From: Nannocystis radixulma
GTDB lineage: Bacteria; Myxococcota_A; Polyangia; Nannocystales; Nannocystaceae
DNA: 64,000 nt
NCBI RefSeq assembly: GCF_028369095.1
Contig: NZ_JAQNDN010000024.1
Coordinates: forward strand, 693,253-757,252
Direction: 5' to 3'
Below are positions 46,721 through 56,092 of this stretch, one piece after another; the first letter of the stretch is position 1, and each line of letters starts with the position of its first letter. Made by a program: the position numbers and the translations under genes. The notes beneath the pieces were generated by a model. That model was not told where the DNA came from, did no database searches, and saw nothing but the letters and a program-made list of their open reading frames with translations.

Positions 46721-47833
46721 GTGCAGACCATCGACGTCCAGCCCTTCACCGTCGCGGTGCCCGAGGCCGCGCTCACCGACCTGCGGCGCCGCCTGGCCCA
46801 GACCCGCTTCACCGACGCGCTTGCCGACGCCGGGCCCGACTGGGGCATCGAGCCGGCGGCGCTGCGGGCCCTGGTGGCCCACTGGCAGCGCTTCGACTGG
46901 CGCGCCGCCGAGGCGGCGATCAACGCGTTCCCGGCGTTTCGCGCGCAGATCGGCGGGACCGGGGTGCACTTCGTGCACGTGCGCGGGCGGGCGCCGCGGC
47001 GGCTGCCGATCGTGCTGACCAACGGCTGGCCGAGCTGCTTCACCGAGCTGCTGCGGCTGGTGCCGCTGCTGACCGAGCCGGTCGACGGGGTCGCGTTCGA
47101 CGTGGTGATCCCGTCGCTGCCCGGATATGGCTTTTCGGACAGGCCGAGCCGGAGCGGCATGAACATCACCCGGATCGCCGCGCTGTGGGCCGAGCTGATG
47201 GCCGGGCTCGGCTACCCGCGGTTCTTCGCCCACGGCAGCGACATGGGCGCCGGGGTGGTCGAGCGACTGCGGGCCGACCACGCCGAGCGCGTGCTCGGCA
47301 TCCACATGGTCAATGTGTTCTGGGGCTATCCGCGGCCGCCGGCGCCGACGCCCGCGGAGGCGGCGTACCTGGAGCGCGGCCCGCAGTGGCAGCAGCGCGA
47401 GGGCGCCTATGCGGCGATCCACGCGACCCGGCCGCACACGATCTCGGCCGGCCTCAACGACTCGCCGGCCGGCCTGGCGGCGTGGATCGGCGAGAAGTTC
47501 GCGGCGTGGAGCGAGCGGCCGCCGTCGCTCGACGCGCTGTGCACGATCTTGACGATCTACTGGGTGACCGAGACGATCGCGTCGTCGCAGCGGCTGTACC
47601 GCGAGGCGTTCGCCGACGCGGGCGCAATGGCCCCGCCGCCCCGGCGCGGCCCGCCCGTCGCGGTGGCGATCTTCCCCGGCGACATCCTGCCGGCCCCGCG
47701 GGCGTGGGGCGAGCGGTGGTTCGAGCTCGCCCGCTGGACGGAGATGCCGCGCGGCGGCCACTTCCCCGGCCTGGAGGCGCCCGATCTGCTGGCCGCGGAC
47801 ATCCGCGCGTTCGCGGCGGGGCTCGGGGCGTGA
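46721..47833 (+). CDS. Epoxide hydrolase (alpha/beta-hydrolase with the epoxide-hydrolase N-terminal cap)
   Basis: The N-terminal FTVAVPEAALTDLRRRL...TRF is typical of EH_N. The nucleophile elbow is GSDMGAG. The HGxP-type oxyanion region is VHFVHVRG. The start is the GTG at 46721, with a GGAG 8 nt upstream. Confidence 0.75.
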   Translation: MQTIDVQPFTVAVPEAALTDLRRRLAQTRFTDALADAGPDWGIEPAALRALVAHWQRFDWRAAEAAINAFPAFRAQIGGTGVHFVHVRGRAPRRLPIVLTNGWPSCFTELLRLVPLLTEPVDGVAFDVVIPSLPGYGFSDRPSRSGMNITRIAALWAELMAGLGYPRFFAHGSDMGAGVVERLRADHAERVLGIHMVNVFWGYPRPPAPTPAEAAYLERGPQWQQREGAYAAIHATRPHTISAGLNDSPAGLAAWIGEKFAAWSERPPSLDALCTILTIYWVTETIASSQRLYREAFADAGAMAPPPRRGPPVAVAIFPGDILPAPRAWGERWFELARWTEMPRGGHFPGLEAPDLLAADIRAFAAGLGA

Positions 47834-48033
47834 CGCGCGATGGCTGGTCTTGAGGGCATGTCCTCACGGCCATGGGCGTGGGCGACCGGCTCCGCGATGA
47901 GCGCCGCGACGACCGGCGGCGCCGGCTGTGTGCATGTCCATGAGGACATGTCCTCGGGTTCACGCGCGTGCGCCCGACCGGCGGCGATTCGCTCTCCGGA
48001 GCCCGGCCCGGAGATGACCTTCAGGTCATGTCC

Positions 48034-48249
48034 TCAGGGCCAGTCGTCGAGGTCGAGGTCGCGGCCGAGCTCGGGGTCGGCCGCGAGCAGGTCTCGCAGG
48101 GTGGCCTCGCGCAGGCCGAGGGCGCGCGCGCCGGCGCTCACGCTGGCCTGGGCTGCCAGGACGGCCCGGACCTCGCGGCGGAAGGCGGCGGGGTCCGTGC
48201 GGCGCAGGGCCAGCAGCAGCGGCTCGCGGGGCTCGGCGGGGAGGGTCAT
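48034..48249 (-). CDS. Small Fis/HTH_8-like DNA-binding protein (71 aa), a putative call
   Basis: GC3 is very high (~97%). VLAAQASVSAGARALGLREATLRDLL resembles the HTH of Fis and NtrC C-termini. There is no clear RBS. The gene is flanked by palindrome hairpins. Confidence 0.35.
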   Translation of the reverse strand: MTLPAEPREPLLLALRRTDPAAFRREVRAVLAAQASVSAGARALGLREATLRDLLAADPELGRDLDLDDWP

Positions 48250-48305
48250 GCGCGGACTGTAGCGCGCTTGTCGCCGGCGGGGCGGTCGTGCTTCAGTCGC
48301 TCGTG

Positions 48306-48908
48306 ATGGCGAAGCGGCGGACAGGCGCGTGGTCGTTCGTGGGGCTGATGCTGCTCGGCTGCGACCCGGTGGGGCGCGAGCGGGCGGCGCTGCAGGCCGA
48401 GCTGGCGGCGACGTCGGCGCTGCTGGCCGAGCACCGGGCGCAGATCGTGGCGCTGAAGGTCGATCTGGCGAAGCAGCAGGTCGCGCTGCAGGTGTGCGAG
48501 GCCGGGCACAAGCGGCCGAGCGCGCCGGAGCTGCCGGCGCCGTCGGCGAGCGAACCGGGCGAGCCGGCGCTGACGCCGGTGTGCAGCGCCGGAGTGTGCG
48601 TGGTGAAGCGTGCCGAGTTCGACGCGTTCGTGGCGGCGCCGGAAACGGCGCCCCGGCTGGCCCGCGTGATCCCGGCGATGCGAGACGGGAAGACGGTCGG
48701 GTTCAACCTGTACTCCATCCGCGCCGGCTCGCCGCTGGCGCTCTTCGGCTTCAAGAACGGTGATCTGGTGCGCAGCGTCAACGGCGAGCCGATCGACGGC
48801 ATCGACGCGGCGCTGCGGCTGTACTCGCAAATGCGCTTGCTCGATCGCTGGACGATCGCCGGGACCCGCAAGGGCGAGCCGTTCGAGCTGACGATCGCGG
48901 TCGAGTGA
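48306..48908 (+). CDS. Lipoprotein with a coiled-coil and a GspC/PDZ-like C-terminal domain
   Basis: MAKRRTGAWSFVGLMLLGC is a signal peptide with lipobox. A coiled-coil (LQAELAATSALLAEHRAQIVALKVDLAKQQ) is followed by a C-terminal GFNLYSIRAGSPLALFGFKNGDLVRSVNGEPIDG, which is PDZ-like. Confidence 0.5.
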   Translation: MAKRRTGAWSFVGLMLLGCDPVGRERAALQAELAATSALLAEHRAQIVALKVDLAKQQVALQVCEAGHKRPSAPELPAPSASEPGEPALTPVCSAGVCVVKRAEFDAFVAAPETAPRLARVIPAMRDGKTVGFNLYSIRAGSPLALFGFKNGDLVRSVNGEPIDGIDAALRLYSQMRLLDRWTIAGTRKGEPFELTIAVE

Positions 48909-48929
48909 GGGGAGCGGCAGCCGCGGCGA

Positions 48930-49385
48930 TGACGATCGCGTGTCCGAAGGGACATGTCGCTCGCGCCAGCCGCGGTGAAGCCGGGCGGAGGAGCCGGGCA
49001 CGAGCGATATGTCCGCACGAGGGCAGCCCGCGCCAGGTGAGCGCGGCGACGGAGCCGGAGACGATAGGCGGCTGACCAGGCCGCGTGCCGGCGGCGGAGC
49101 GGGGCTCGATTGCTCGTCCGCATGGGACATGTCGCTCCGGCGGTCGAGCGTGTCCGCGGCGGAGCCGGCGCATGGATGTCCGCATGGACATGGCGCTCCG
49201 GCGGCCGCGGTTCGCGTCCGCGGCGGAGCGATGCTCACGAATGTCCGAGGGGACATGTCGCAAGGGACATCGGTGAACAGCGGGCCCGCGGGGGCGGAAC
49301 TGCCCGTGGACACATGTCCGCATGGACATGTCGTTCGCGCCAGCTCCGGTCGAGTGTCCACGAGCTGGGGATCTCGCATCGATCG
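48930..49385. repeat. Intergenic array of ~60-65-bp direct repeats, each carrying the TGTCC-N4-GGACATGT palindrome
   Basis: At least six copies are present, for example GTCCGAAGGGACATGTCGCTCGCG at 48933, GTCCGCATGGGACATGTCGCTCCGGCGG at 49119, GATGTCCGCATGGACATGGCGCTCCGGCGG at 49180, AATGTCCGAGGGGACATGTCGCAAGGGACAT at 49242 and ACATGTCCGCATGGACATGTCGTTCGCG at 49303. The conserved spacer is GTCCGCGGCGGAGC. The repeats create spurious CPHGH and MSxRTC peptides in all frames. Confidence 0.6.
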
Positions 49386-49532
49386 CCGGAACCTCGCCGG
49401 GACTCGCCGTCGCCGTCTCGAACTACATTCAGTAGCTGTGCCAAGCGCGGAGCGGGTTCGCGCTGTTGACCGGGGTTCAAGCGCGGCGCGTCGCCGTGTG
49501 GCGCGGGCCACACGGATCTGCACCGCTTCGGA

Positions 49533-51305
49533 TCAGGCGGCCGAGGCGACGCCGAGGCTGCGCGCGAGGGCGCGGGCGACCGCGAGCGGGCGGCCCTTGA
49601 ACACGCGCACATAAGGAATGGCGCTGGCCCGGGCGGCGCGGGCCAGGATCCCGTCGATGTTGTGGGCCTGGAAGCCGGTGGCGATGAGCACGTAGTCGTA
49701 GCTGTGGCGCGAGATGCTCTCGCACTGGGCCTGGACCTTGCGGGCGTTGCCGTCGCACCAGGTGATGTCGAGGCCGAGCGACTCCTCGAGCTTGGACTTG
49801 AGATCGGGGTCCTCGCGGTTGCTGACGAACAGGACCCGCTTGCCCTCGACCTTGGGCCGGACCTGGGCGACGAGGTGCGCGCCCGGATCGTCGACGTCGT
49901 CGGTCTCTTCCTCGAGGTCGCCGTCGCTGTCGGACGGCAGTACGCCGAGCTCGCCGCGCTTGAGCACGTCGTGCAGGCCGGTGAGGCGGCGACGCAGGCG
50001 GCGATCCTCGAACAGGTCGGGCCGCAGGGCGTCGATGCGCGGCCGGATCGGCTGGACCAGCGAGGCGACCTCCGGCGTGTTGTGGGCGTCGAAGGCCCGC
50101 TGCAAGAAGGCGAGCAGGACCTCGTCGTCGAAGCTGTCGGCGGCGGCCAGCGCGTCGCGTTCGGCCCGCACGGCCGCCTGTTGCTGGCGCACCTGATCGG
50201 CGGAGGGACCGGTCTTGGCCCGCTCCGGCGGCGGGATGAACTCGGGGTCGAGCCAGCGGCGGAGCAGCGGCAGACGCTCGCCGAGGCGTCCCGCGAGCCA
50301 GCGCAGGCGGCCCATGACGGCGCCCCAGGTCTCGGGATCCTCGGCGGCGATGAAGCGACGGATCTCGCGCAGCGCCTGGGCGTGCTTGAGGAGCGCGTCG
50401 AGCTGCTCGTTGGGCAGCTCCTCGGGCGGCGTGGTGAGGTGGCGCGGCGGCGGGTCGGTGACGTTGCCGGCGATGGCTTCGATGGCCCGCTGGGCCTCAC
50501 GCAAGAGCGTGCGCGGCGGGCCCGGCGGGGTCTTGCGCGCGCGATCGGCCCAGCCGTAATCGTCGACCGGGACCTCGCTGGTCAGCGCCCGCTCCTTGTG
50601 GTTCTGCACGAATTCGTGGGCCTCGGCCCAGGTCTTCGGCGCGTGCAGGGTCTTGAGCCCGAGCTCGGTGACCACACAAGCGGGCACGGCGTTCATCTGC
50701 AGCGCCTGCACCGAACCCGGCCACAAGGTCTTGCTCAGGTTGGTCAGCTCGTGGGCGATGCGCCGCACCAGCACGGTGATCTTGTGCTCGCCCTGGAACT
50801 GCTCGTCGAAGCTGCGCGCGCGCGAGATCCAGGCCAGCATGTAGACCTTTTGGTAGCGCGGGGACATGAGCGCGAAGTCGGGGCGCATGTCCTGGATGTC
50901 CTTGAGGATCTCTTCCAGCGTCTCGCGCGCCTCGGCGACCGCTGCCGCTGGATACGTGGGCAGCTGGATCCGGCCGACGATCGGGCTGCGCGGCTGCTCG
51001 GGCTCGGGCGAGGGGGCGGGCGCTGCGGGGGCGGAGATAACTTCGGTGGATACGGACGGCGGGACCGGCGCCGCGGGCGGGCGCGCTGGCTCCTGGAGGC
51101 CCTCGCGGAAGCGATCGAAGAGCTGGCGCGCGGCCGCCGAGGGGAACATCTGCGTCAGCGCATCTTCGAGGGCGCTGTCACGGTCGGGTCCGCGGCCGAG
51201 CCAGCGCTCCGCGTCGCGCCAGATCAGCACCTCGGTCCACTGATGGGTATACATCGCGTGGCGATAGCCGCTGTCCGCGAGAAACTTGGGTAGCCCGTCG
51301 TGCAC
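49533..51305 (-). CDS. Hypothetical protein (590 aa)
   Basis: A long ORF with consistent GC3 and no diagnostic motif that I recognise. The C-terminal ~120 aa resemble a small alpha/beta domain (GKRVLFVSNREDPDLKSKLEESLGLDITWCDGN). Confidence 0.5.
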   Translation of the reverse strand: MHDGLPKFLADSGYRHAMYTHQWTEVLIWRDAERWLGRGPDRDSALEDALTQMFPSAAARQLFDRFREGLQEPARPPAAPVPPSVSTEVISAPAAPAPSPEPEQPRSPIVGRIQLPTYPAAAVAEARETLEEILKDIQDMRPDFALMSPRYQKVYMLAWISRARSFDEQFQGEHKITVLVRRIAHELTNLSKTLWPGSVQALQMNAVPACVVTELGLKTLHAPKTWAEAHEFVQNHKERALTSEVPVDDYGWADRARKTPPGPPRTLLREAQRAIEAIAGNVTDPPPRHLTTPPEELPNEQLDALLKHAQALREIRRFIAAEDPETWGAVMGRLRWLAGRLGERLPLLRRWLDPEFIPPPERAKTGPSADQVRQQQAAVRAERDALAAADSFDDEVLLAFLQRAFDAHNTPEVASLVQPIRPRIDALRPDLFEDRRLRRRLTGLHDVLKRGELGVLPSDSDGDLEEETDDVDDPGAHLVAQVRPKVEGKRVLFVSNREDPDLKSKLEESLGLDITWCDGNARKVQAQCESISRHSYDYVLIATGFQAHNIDGILARAARASAIPYVRVFKGRPLAVARALARSLGVASAA

Positions 51306-51483
51306 CCGGTTACGCTAGTCTTTTCGCGCTGCTGCTGCAATGAAGGGGCAAAATGCCGCGCGCGGCCCGAGGTCCGCGCGGGCAGGGTGAGGGCCTGCCG
51401 TGGCGGAGGCTGTTCAGCGCCGCGCGCGCCGTGAGGACGCTGTTCGCCGCCCACGCAATCGGACCTGAACCGCGTGCCGCGGC

Positions 51484-52263
51484 TCAGGTGCCGAGGACCG
51501 AGCCGCCGTCGACGCTCAAAGTGGCGCCGGTGATGAAGCTCGACTTCTCGTCGGCGAGGAAGAGGTAGGCGCGAGCGATGTCGTCGGGCTGACCCGCGCG
51601 CCCGACCGGCGTATGCTCGATCATCGACTGCAGGACCTTCTCCGGGATGCTCTTGACCATGTCGGTCGAGATGAAACCCGGGGCGACGACGTTGGCGGTG
51701 ATGCCGTAACGGCCGAGCTCGCGCGCCCATACGCGCGTCATGCCGATCACGCCGGCCTTGGCGGCGACGTAGTTGGTCTGGCCGAAGTTGCCGTAGAGGG
51801 CGACGACCGAGCTGGTGCTGATGATGCGGCCGTACTTCTGGGCGATCATGGTCGGCACGACCGCCTGGGTGCAGTTGAACACGCCCTTGAGGCAGACATC
51901 GAGGACGAACTGGAACTGCTCGGCGCTCATCTGGCCGACCACCTGTCCGTCCTTGACCTTGACCAGCTGGCCGTCGCGGACGACCCCGGCGTTGTTGATG
52001 AGGACGTCGATGCGGCCGAACCGCTCGACCACGGCGGCGGCCGCGGCGACGCAGTCCTCGGGCTTGGTGACGTCGACCTTGCGGGCGATGGCGACGCCGC
52101 CGGCGGCGGTGATCGCGGACACGACCTCCTCGGCTGCCTGTTCGGCCAGGTCCCACACGGCGACGGCGTAGCCGGCGTCGGCGAGCATGCGGGCGGTGGC
52201 GCGGCCGATGCCGTTGCCGCCGCCGGTGACGATGGCGATCCGCGGTGAATTGGTGCTTGTCAT
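51484..52263 (-). CDS. SDR-family 3-oxoacyl-ACP reductase (FabG-like)
   Basis: Start MTSTNSPRIAIVTGGGNGIGRATA gives the TGxxxGIG Rossmann motif. The catalytic NNAG and YxxxK (NYVAAKAGV) are present. The N-terminal 166 aa of the listed ORF are an artefact. Confidence 0.8.
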   Translation of the reverse strand: MTSTNSPRIAIVTGGGNGIGRATARMLADAGYAVAVWDLAEQAAEEVVSAITAAGGVAIARKVDVTKPEDCVAAAAAVVERFGRIDVLINNAGVVRDGQLVKVKDGQVVGQMSAEQFQFVLDVCLKGVFNCTQAVVPTMIAQKYGRIISTSSVVALYGNFGQTNYVAAKAGVIGMTRVWARELGRYGITANVVAPGFISTDMVKSIPEKVLQSMIEHTPVGRAGQPDDIARAYLFLADEKSSFITGATLSVDGGSVLGT

Positions 52264-52435
52264 GGGGCGGCGAGCGTACGAGAGGCCGCCGGAGCCGCCT
52301 GCACCAAGAGCCAGCCCGAAGATGTGAGCTTGCGCCGTGTCGGTGGGGCAAAGCACGCTCCGCTCGGGCGTCCACGGAGGGGGAAGGGCGAGGCTTGTCG
52401 TGTCCCGGGCGATCCCCGTAGGATGCGCCGACCCC

Positions 52436-52726
52436 ATGACAGATGCCGCCCCGCCCGACGCGCTGGTCCGCGAGATCAAGGAGCTCATCATCGAGGCCCT
52501 GATGCTGCAGGACATGACCCCCGAGGACATCGACCCCGAGGCGCCGCTGCTGGTCGAGGGGCTGGGCCTCGATTCGATCGACGTGCTCGAGCTGGCGATG
52601 GCGATCGGCAAGAAGTACGGGGTCAAGACCAAGGCCGACGACGCGCAGAACCGGCACATCTTCGCCAGCGTGACCAACCTGGCCCGCTTCGTCGCCGAGC
52701 AACGGGCGGCCGCGGCGGCCAGCTGA
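52436..52726 (+). CDS. Acyl carrier protein
   Basis: GLDSIDVLEL is the phosphopantetheine-attachment Ser motif. The protein is 96 aa and acidic. It is divergent from fabG. Confidence 0.8.
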   Translation: MTDAAPPDALVREIKELIIEALMLQDMTPEDIDPEAPLLVEGLGLDSIDVLELAMAIGKKYGVKTKADDAQNRHIFASVTNLARFVAEQRAAAAAS

Positions 52727-52738
52727 GACCAGGCGGCC

Positions 52739-53392
52739 GTGATGGCGGACCCTGACGGCAAGCCGCAGCGGGCCGCGGGGGTCCCGAGGTGGCTCCCGGC
52801 GGTGTTCCGTTCGCTGCTGGTCGGCGGCTACCCGCTGGTGGTGTACCTCGGGATGACGCGCTGGAGCCCGCGCACGCTGGCGCTGGTGCTCGCCTGCGCG
52901 CTGCTGCCGGGGCTCGTGCTGCGCCTGCGCGAGGCCCGGCGCGAGGACCTGTGGCCGGTGCTGCGGGTGCCGCTGTCGCTCCTCGGGCTGTTCGCGGCGG
53001 CGGCGCTGTCGGGCGAGCAGCGGCTGTTCATGGCCCTGCCGGTGCTGGTCAACCTGGGGCTCCTGGCCAACTTCGCGGCCAGCCTGCGCGGGCCGGTGTC
53101 GCTGGTCGAGCGGTTCGCGCGGCTGCAGGAGCCCGAGCTGCCGCCCGGCGGGCCGGCTTACTGCCGCAAGGTCACGGTGGTCTGGTGCGGGTTCTTCGTC
53201 GCCAACGCGGCCGTCAGCGCCGCGCTCGCGCTGTGGGCCCCTGTGGCCTGGTGGACGCTGTACACCGGACTTTTGGCGTACCTGCTGATCGGGGTAATGT
53301 TCACCGTCGAGTACATCGTCCGCAAGGCGACCTTCCGCCGGTTCGGCGACGCGTTGCCCGACCGCTTGCTCCGCCGTCTGCTCCGCGCATGA
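52739..53392 (+). CDS. Integral membrane protein of the lipid-pigment operon, hypothetical
   Basis: It has 5-6 TM helices. Its stop overlaps the next start (ATGA at 53389-53392). Confidence 0.5.
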   Translation: MMADPDGKPQRAAGVPRWLPAVFRSLLVGGYPLVVYLGMTRWSPRTLALVLACALLPGLVLRLREARREDLWPVLRVPLSLLGLFAAAALSGEQRLFMALPVLVNLGLLANFAASLRGPVSLVERFARLQEPELPPGGPAYCRKVTVVWCGFFVANAAVSAALALWAPVAWWTLYTGLLAYLLIGVMFTVEYIVRKATFRRFGDALPDRLLRRLLRA

Positions 53393-55242
53393 GGTCCTTC
53401 GTCCCGCTCGTCCACACCGATCCCGCGGCGCGCGTCGCCGTCGGCGAGGCCGGCCCGCGCAGCGCGGGCGAGCTGATGCGCGACGCCAGCCTCGTCGCCG
53501 AGCGCCTGCCGCCGGCGCGGCCCGGCAGCGAGGTGCTGGTGGTCTGTGGCGACCGCTATCACCTGGCGGTCACGGCCCTGGGCGCGTGGCTGCGCGGCCA
53601 CGCGGTCGCGCTGCCGCCGAACGCCCAGCCGGCGGCGGTGCGCGAGCTGGCGGGGCGCGCCGACGTGGTGGCGCTGATCCACGACTCCGATCTGGCCGAT
53701 GCTCAGGACGTCCGCGACTGGCTGTCCGGACATGCCCCTGGGGACATGGTCGATCCGACATGGCCCGAAGCGCTGCCGGCGGACCGGCGGCTGGCGGTCG
53801 TGTACACCTCGGGCAGCACCGGCGACCACCAGCCGTGCGCCAAGACGGCCGGGCAATTGCTCGGCGAGGCGCAGGCGCTGGCGGCCACGTTCGCGCTGGC
53901 GGCCGGCGAGGTGGCGCTGGCGACGGTGCCGCCGTACCACCTCTACGGGCTGCTGTTCGGGGTGCTGGCGCCGCTGGCCGCGGGGGCGGCGTTCGCCCGC
54001 GAGACGCCGCTGCACGCCGAGACGGTGGCGAGGGCGGCGCGCGAGGTCGGGGCGACGGTGCTGATCAGCACGCCGGCGCACCTGCGCGGGCTGACGGTGC
54101 TGCAGCGCGGCGACCTGCCGCCGCTGCGGCGGGTGTTCTCGTCGGGCGCGCCGCTGCCGCGGGCGACCGCGGACGAGCTGCTGGCCCAGCTCGGGCTGGC
54201 GGTGACCGAGGTGTACGGCTCGTCGGAGACCGGCGGGATCGGCTGGCGGCGGCACGAACAGGTCCTCGGGGACATGTCCCCGGAGCCAGCCTGGACGCCG
54301 CTGCCGGGGGTCGCGGTCGAGGTCGCGGCCGAGGGGCGGCTGCTGCTGCGCTCGCCGTTCTTGGCCCCCGACGCGCCGCCGCCGTACCCCTGTGAGGATC
54401 GGGTCGAGCTCGACGCGCGCGGCGGGTTTCACCTGCGCGGGCGGCTCGACGGGGTGGTGAAGGTCGCCGGCAAGCGGGTGGCGGTGGCGGAGGTCGAGCA
54501 GCGGCTGCTGGCGTTGCCGGCGGTGGCCGACGCGGCGGTGGTGGCGATCGAGACGCCTGGCGCCCGCGGGCACGAATTGATGGCCGCGGTGGTGGCCCGC
54601 GACTCGGGTCGCGACGCCAGCGAGCTGGTGGCCGAGCTGCGGCGGGGGCTGCTCCCGTGGTTCGACCCGGTGGTGGTGCCGCGGCGGATCAAGGTGGTGC
54701 CCGCGCTGCCGCGCGAGCCCAACGGCAAGCTGACGAAGCGGCGCCTGCACGCGCTGCTCGGGCTGACGGCGGAGGAGCCGGCCGATGCGGGGCGCGGCGG
54801 ATCGACCGAGCCGACGGCGACCAGGCGCGATGAGCCGCGTACGGGCGGGAACGGAGCTGCGCGTGACTCGGCCGACGCGGGGACGATCGGGTTCGAGCTG
54901 CGCGGGCACGTGCGGGGCGACGCGGGCGACGCGGCGGTGCACGAGGTCGAGGTCGGGGTGCCGGTCGACCTGGCGTTCTTCCGCGGACACTTCGACGGCG
55001 CGCCGGTGCTGCCCGGGGTGGCGCAGCTGACGGCCCTGGTGGTGCCGCAGGTGGCGGCGCTGCGGCCCGAGCTGGGGCGGCTGCGGCAGGCGGCGCGGCT
55101 CAAGTTCACCCGGCCGATCGCGCCGGGCGACGCGCTGGTGCTGCGGCTCGAGGTGCGGGGGACGAGCGTCCGCTTCTCGCTGGCGCGCGCGGGCGAGGTG
55201 GTCACCGCCGGGGCGCTCGAGTACGAGGCGCGCGGTGACTGA
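53389..55242 (+). CDS. AMP-dependent synthetase/ligase fused to a C-terminal hotdog (FabA/FabZ-like) dehydratase
   Basis: The AMP-binding motif is VVYTSGSTGDHQ. The A5 and A8 motifs are YGSSETGG and GRLDGVVKVAGKRVAVAEVE. The C-terminal FFRGHFDGAPVLPGV is a FabZ/FabA-type dehydratase signature. Confidence 0.75.
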   Translation: MRSFVPLVHTDPAARVAVGEAGPRSAGELMRDASLVAERLPPARPGSEVLVVCGDRYHLAVTALGAWLRGHAVALPPNAQPAAVRELAGRADVVALIHDSDLADAQDVRDWLSGHAPGDMVDPTWPEALPADRRLAVVYTSGSTGDHQPCAKTAGQLLGEAQALAATFALAAGEVALATVPPYHLYGLLFGVLAPLAAGAAFARETPLHAETVARAAREVGATVLISTPAHLRGLTVLQRGDLPPLRRVFSSGAPLPRATADELLAQLGLAVTEVYGSSETGGIGWRRHEQVLGDMSPEPAWTPLPGVAVEVAAEGRLLLRSPFLAPDAPPPYPCEDRVELDARGGFHLRGRLDGVVKVAGKRVAVAEVEQRLLALPAVADAAVVAIETPGARGHELMAAVVARDSGRDASELVAELRRGLLPWFDPVVVPRRIKVVPALPREPNGKLTKRRLHALLGLTAEEPADAGRGGSTEPTATRRDEPRTGGNGAARDSADAGTIGFELRGHVRGDAGDAAVHEVEVGVPVDLAFFRGHFDGAPVLPGVAQLTALVVPQVAALRPELGRLRQAARLKFTRPIAPGDALVLRLEVRGTSVRFSLARAGEVVTAGALEYEARGD

Positions 55243-55243
55243 C

Positions 55244-56068
55244 ATGTCCGCAGGGACAGGTGAGAGCGAGATGTCCGAAGGGGCAGCTGAGATGTCTGCC
55301 GGGACAGGCGCGTTCCGGCCGTGCGCGCTGATCCCGACCTACGACAACCCGCTGACGGTCCGCGACGTGGTGCTGCGGGTCAAGGCGCACCTGCCCGACG
55401 TGGTCGTGATCGACGACGGCAGCGGCGAGGCGGGGCGGCAGGCGGTCGCGGCGCTGGGGGCCGAGGGGCTGGCGCAGGTGCGCCGGCGGGCGCAAAACGG
55501 CGGCAAGGGGGCGGCGGTCAAGACCGGGTTCCAGTTCGCGCGCGAGCTCGGCTACACCCACGCGCTGCAGGTCGACGCCGACGGGCAACATGACCTCGGG
55601 GACATTCCGAAATTCCTGGCGACCGCGCGCGAGCGGCCGGACGCGTTGATCCTCGGGGCGCCGGTGTACGACGCGTCGGCGCCGAAGGGGCGGCTGGTCG
55701 CCCGCAAGATCACGCTGTTCTGGACCGACTTCGAGGCCGGCCGCGGGGTCATCACCGATCCGATGTGCGGCTTCCGGGTCTACCCGCTGGACCCCGCGCT
55801 GGCGCTCGGGCGCACCGGCGATCGCATGGACTTCGACATCGAGGTGGCGGTGCGCCTGGTGTGGGCCGGGGTGCCGGTGATCAATCTGCCGACGAAGGTC
55901 CGCTACATCGGCCGCGACGAGGGCGGGGTGTCGCACTTCCGCGTGTTCGGCGACAACCTCAAGATCTCGTGGCTGCACACCCGGCTGTCGTTCCAGCGGG
56001 TGATGGTGCGGCCGTGGGTCAACCTCTACCGCCGCCTGCGGCGCCCGGCGCTGCCGGCCGGCCGCTGA
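55244..56068 (+). CDS. Family-2 glycosyltransferase
   Basis: The GT2 motifs VVVIDDGSGE, a DAD(G)-type region and QxxRW-like are present. The first ATG lies 1 nt after the stop of the upstream gene. Three in-frame ATGs occur within the first 20 codons (see the tandem-repeat finding). Confidence 0.8.
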   Translation: MSAGTGESEMSEGAAEMSAGTGAFRPCALIPTYDNPLTVRDVVLRVKAHLPDVVVIDDGSGEAGRQAVAALGAEGLAQVRRRAQNGGKGAAVKTGFQFARELGYTHALQVDADGQHDLGDIPKFLATARERPDALILGAPVYDASAPKGRLVARKITLFWTDFEAGRGVITDPMCGFRVYPLDPALALGRTGDRMDFDIEVAVRLVWAGVPVINLPTKVRYIGRDEGGVSHFRVFGDNLKISWLHTRLSFQRVMVRPWVNLYRRLRRPALPAGR

Positions 56069-56092
56069 GCGAGAGGACAGGTTCGATCGGCC

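Noticed and set aside
45708-47761. Upstream 680 aa of ORF 45206..47761 (minus)
   Set aside because: It is antisense to the LysR and epoxide-hydrolase genes, which have clear motifs. Only the last 167 aa (45206..45707) look protein-like.
48246-49523. 425-aa minus-strand ORF and 201-aa plus-strand ORF across 48.3-49.6 kb
   Set aside because: The repeated CPHGH and MSMRTC segments arise from translating the palindromic repeat array. They overlap the PDZ-lipoprotein gene on the other strand.
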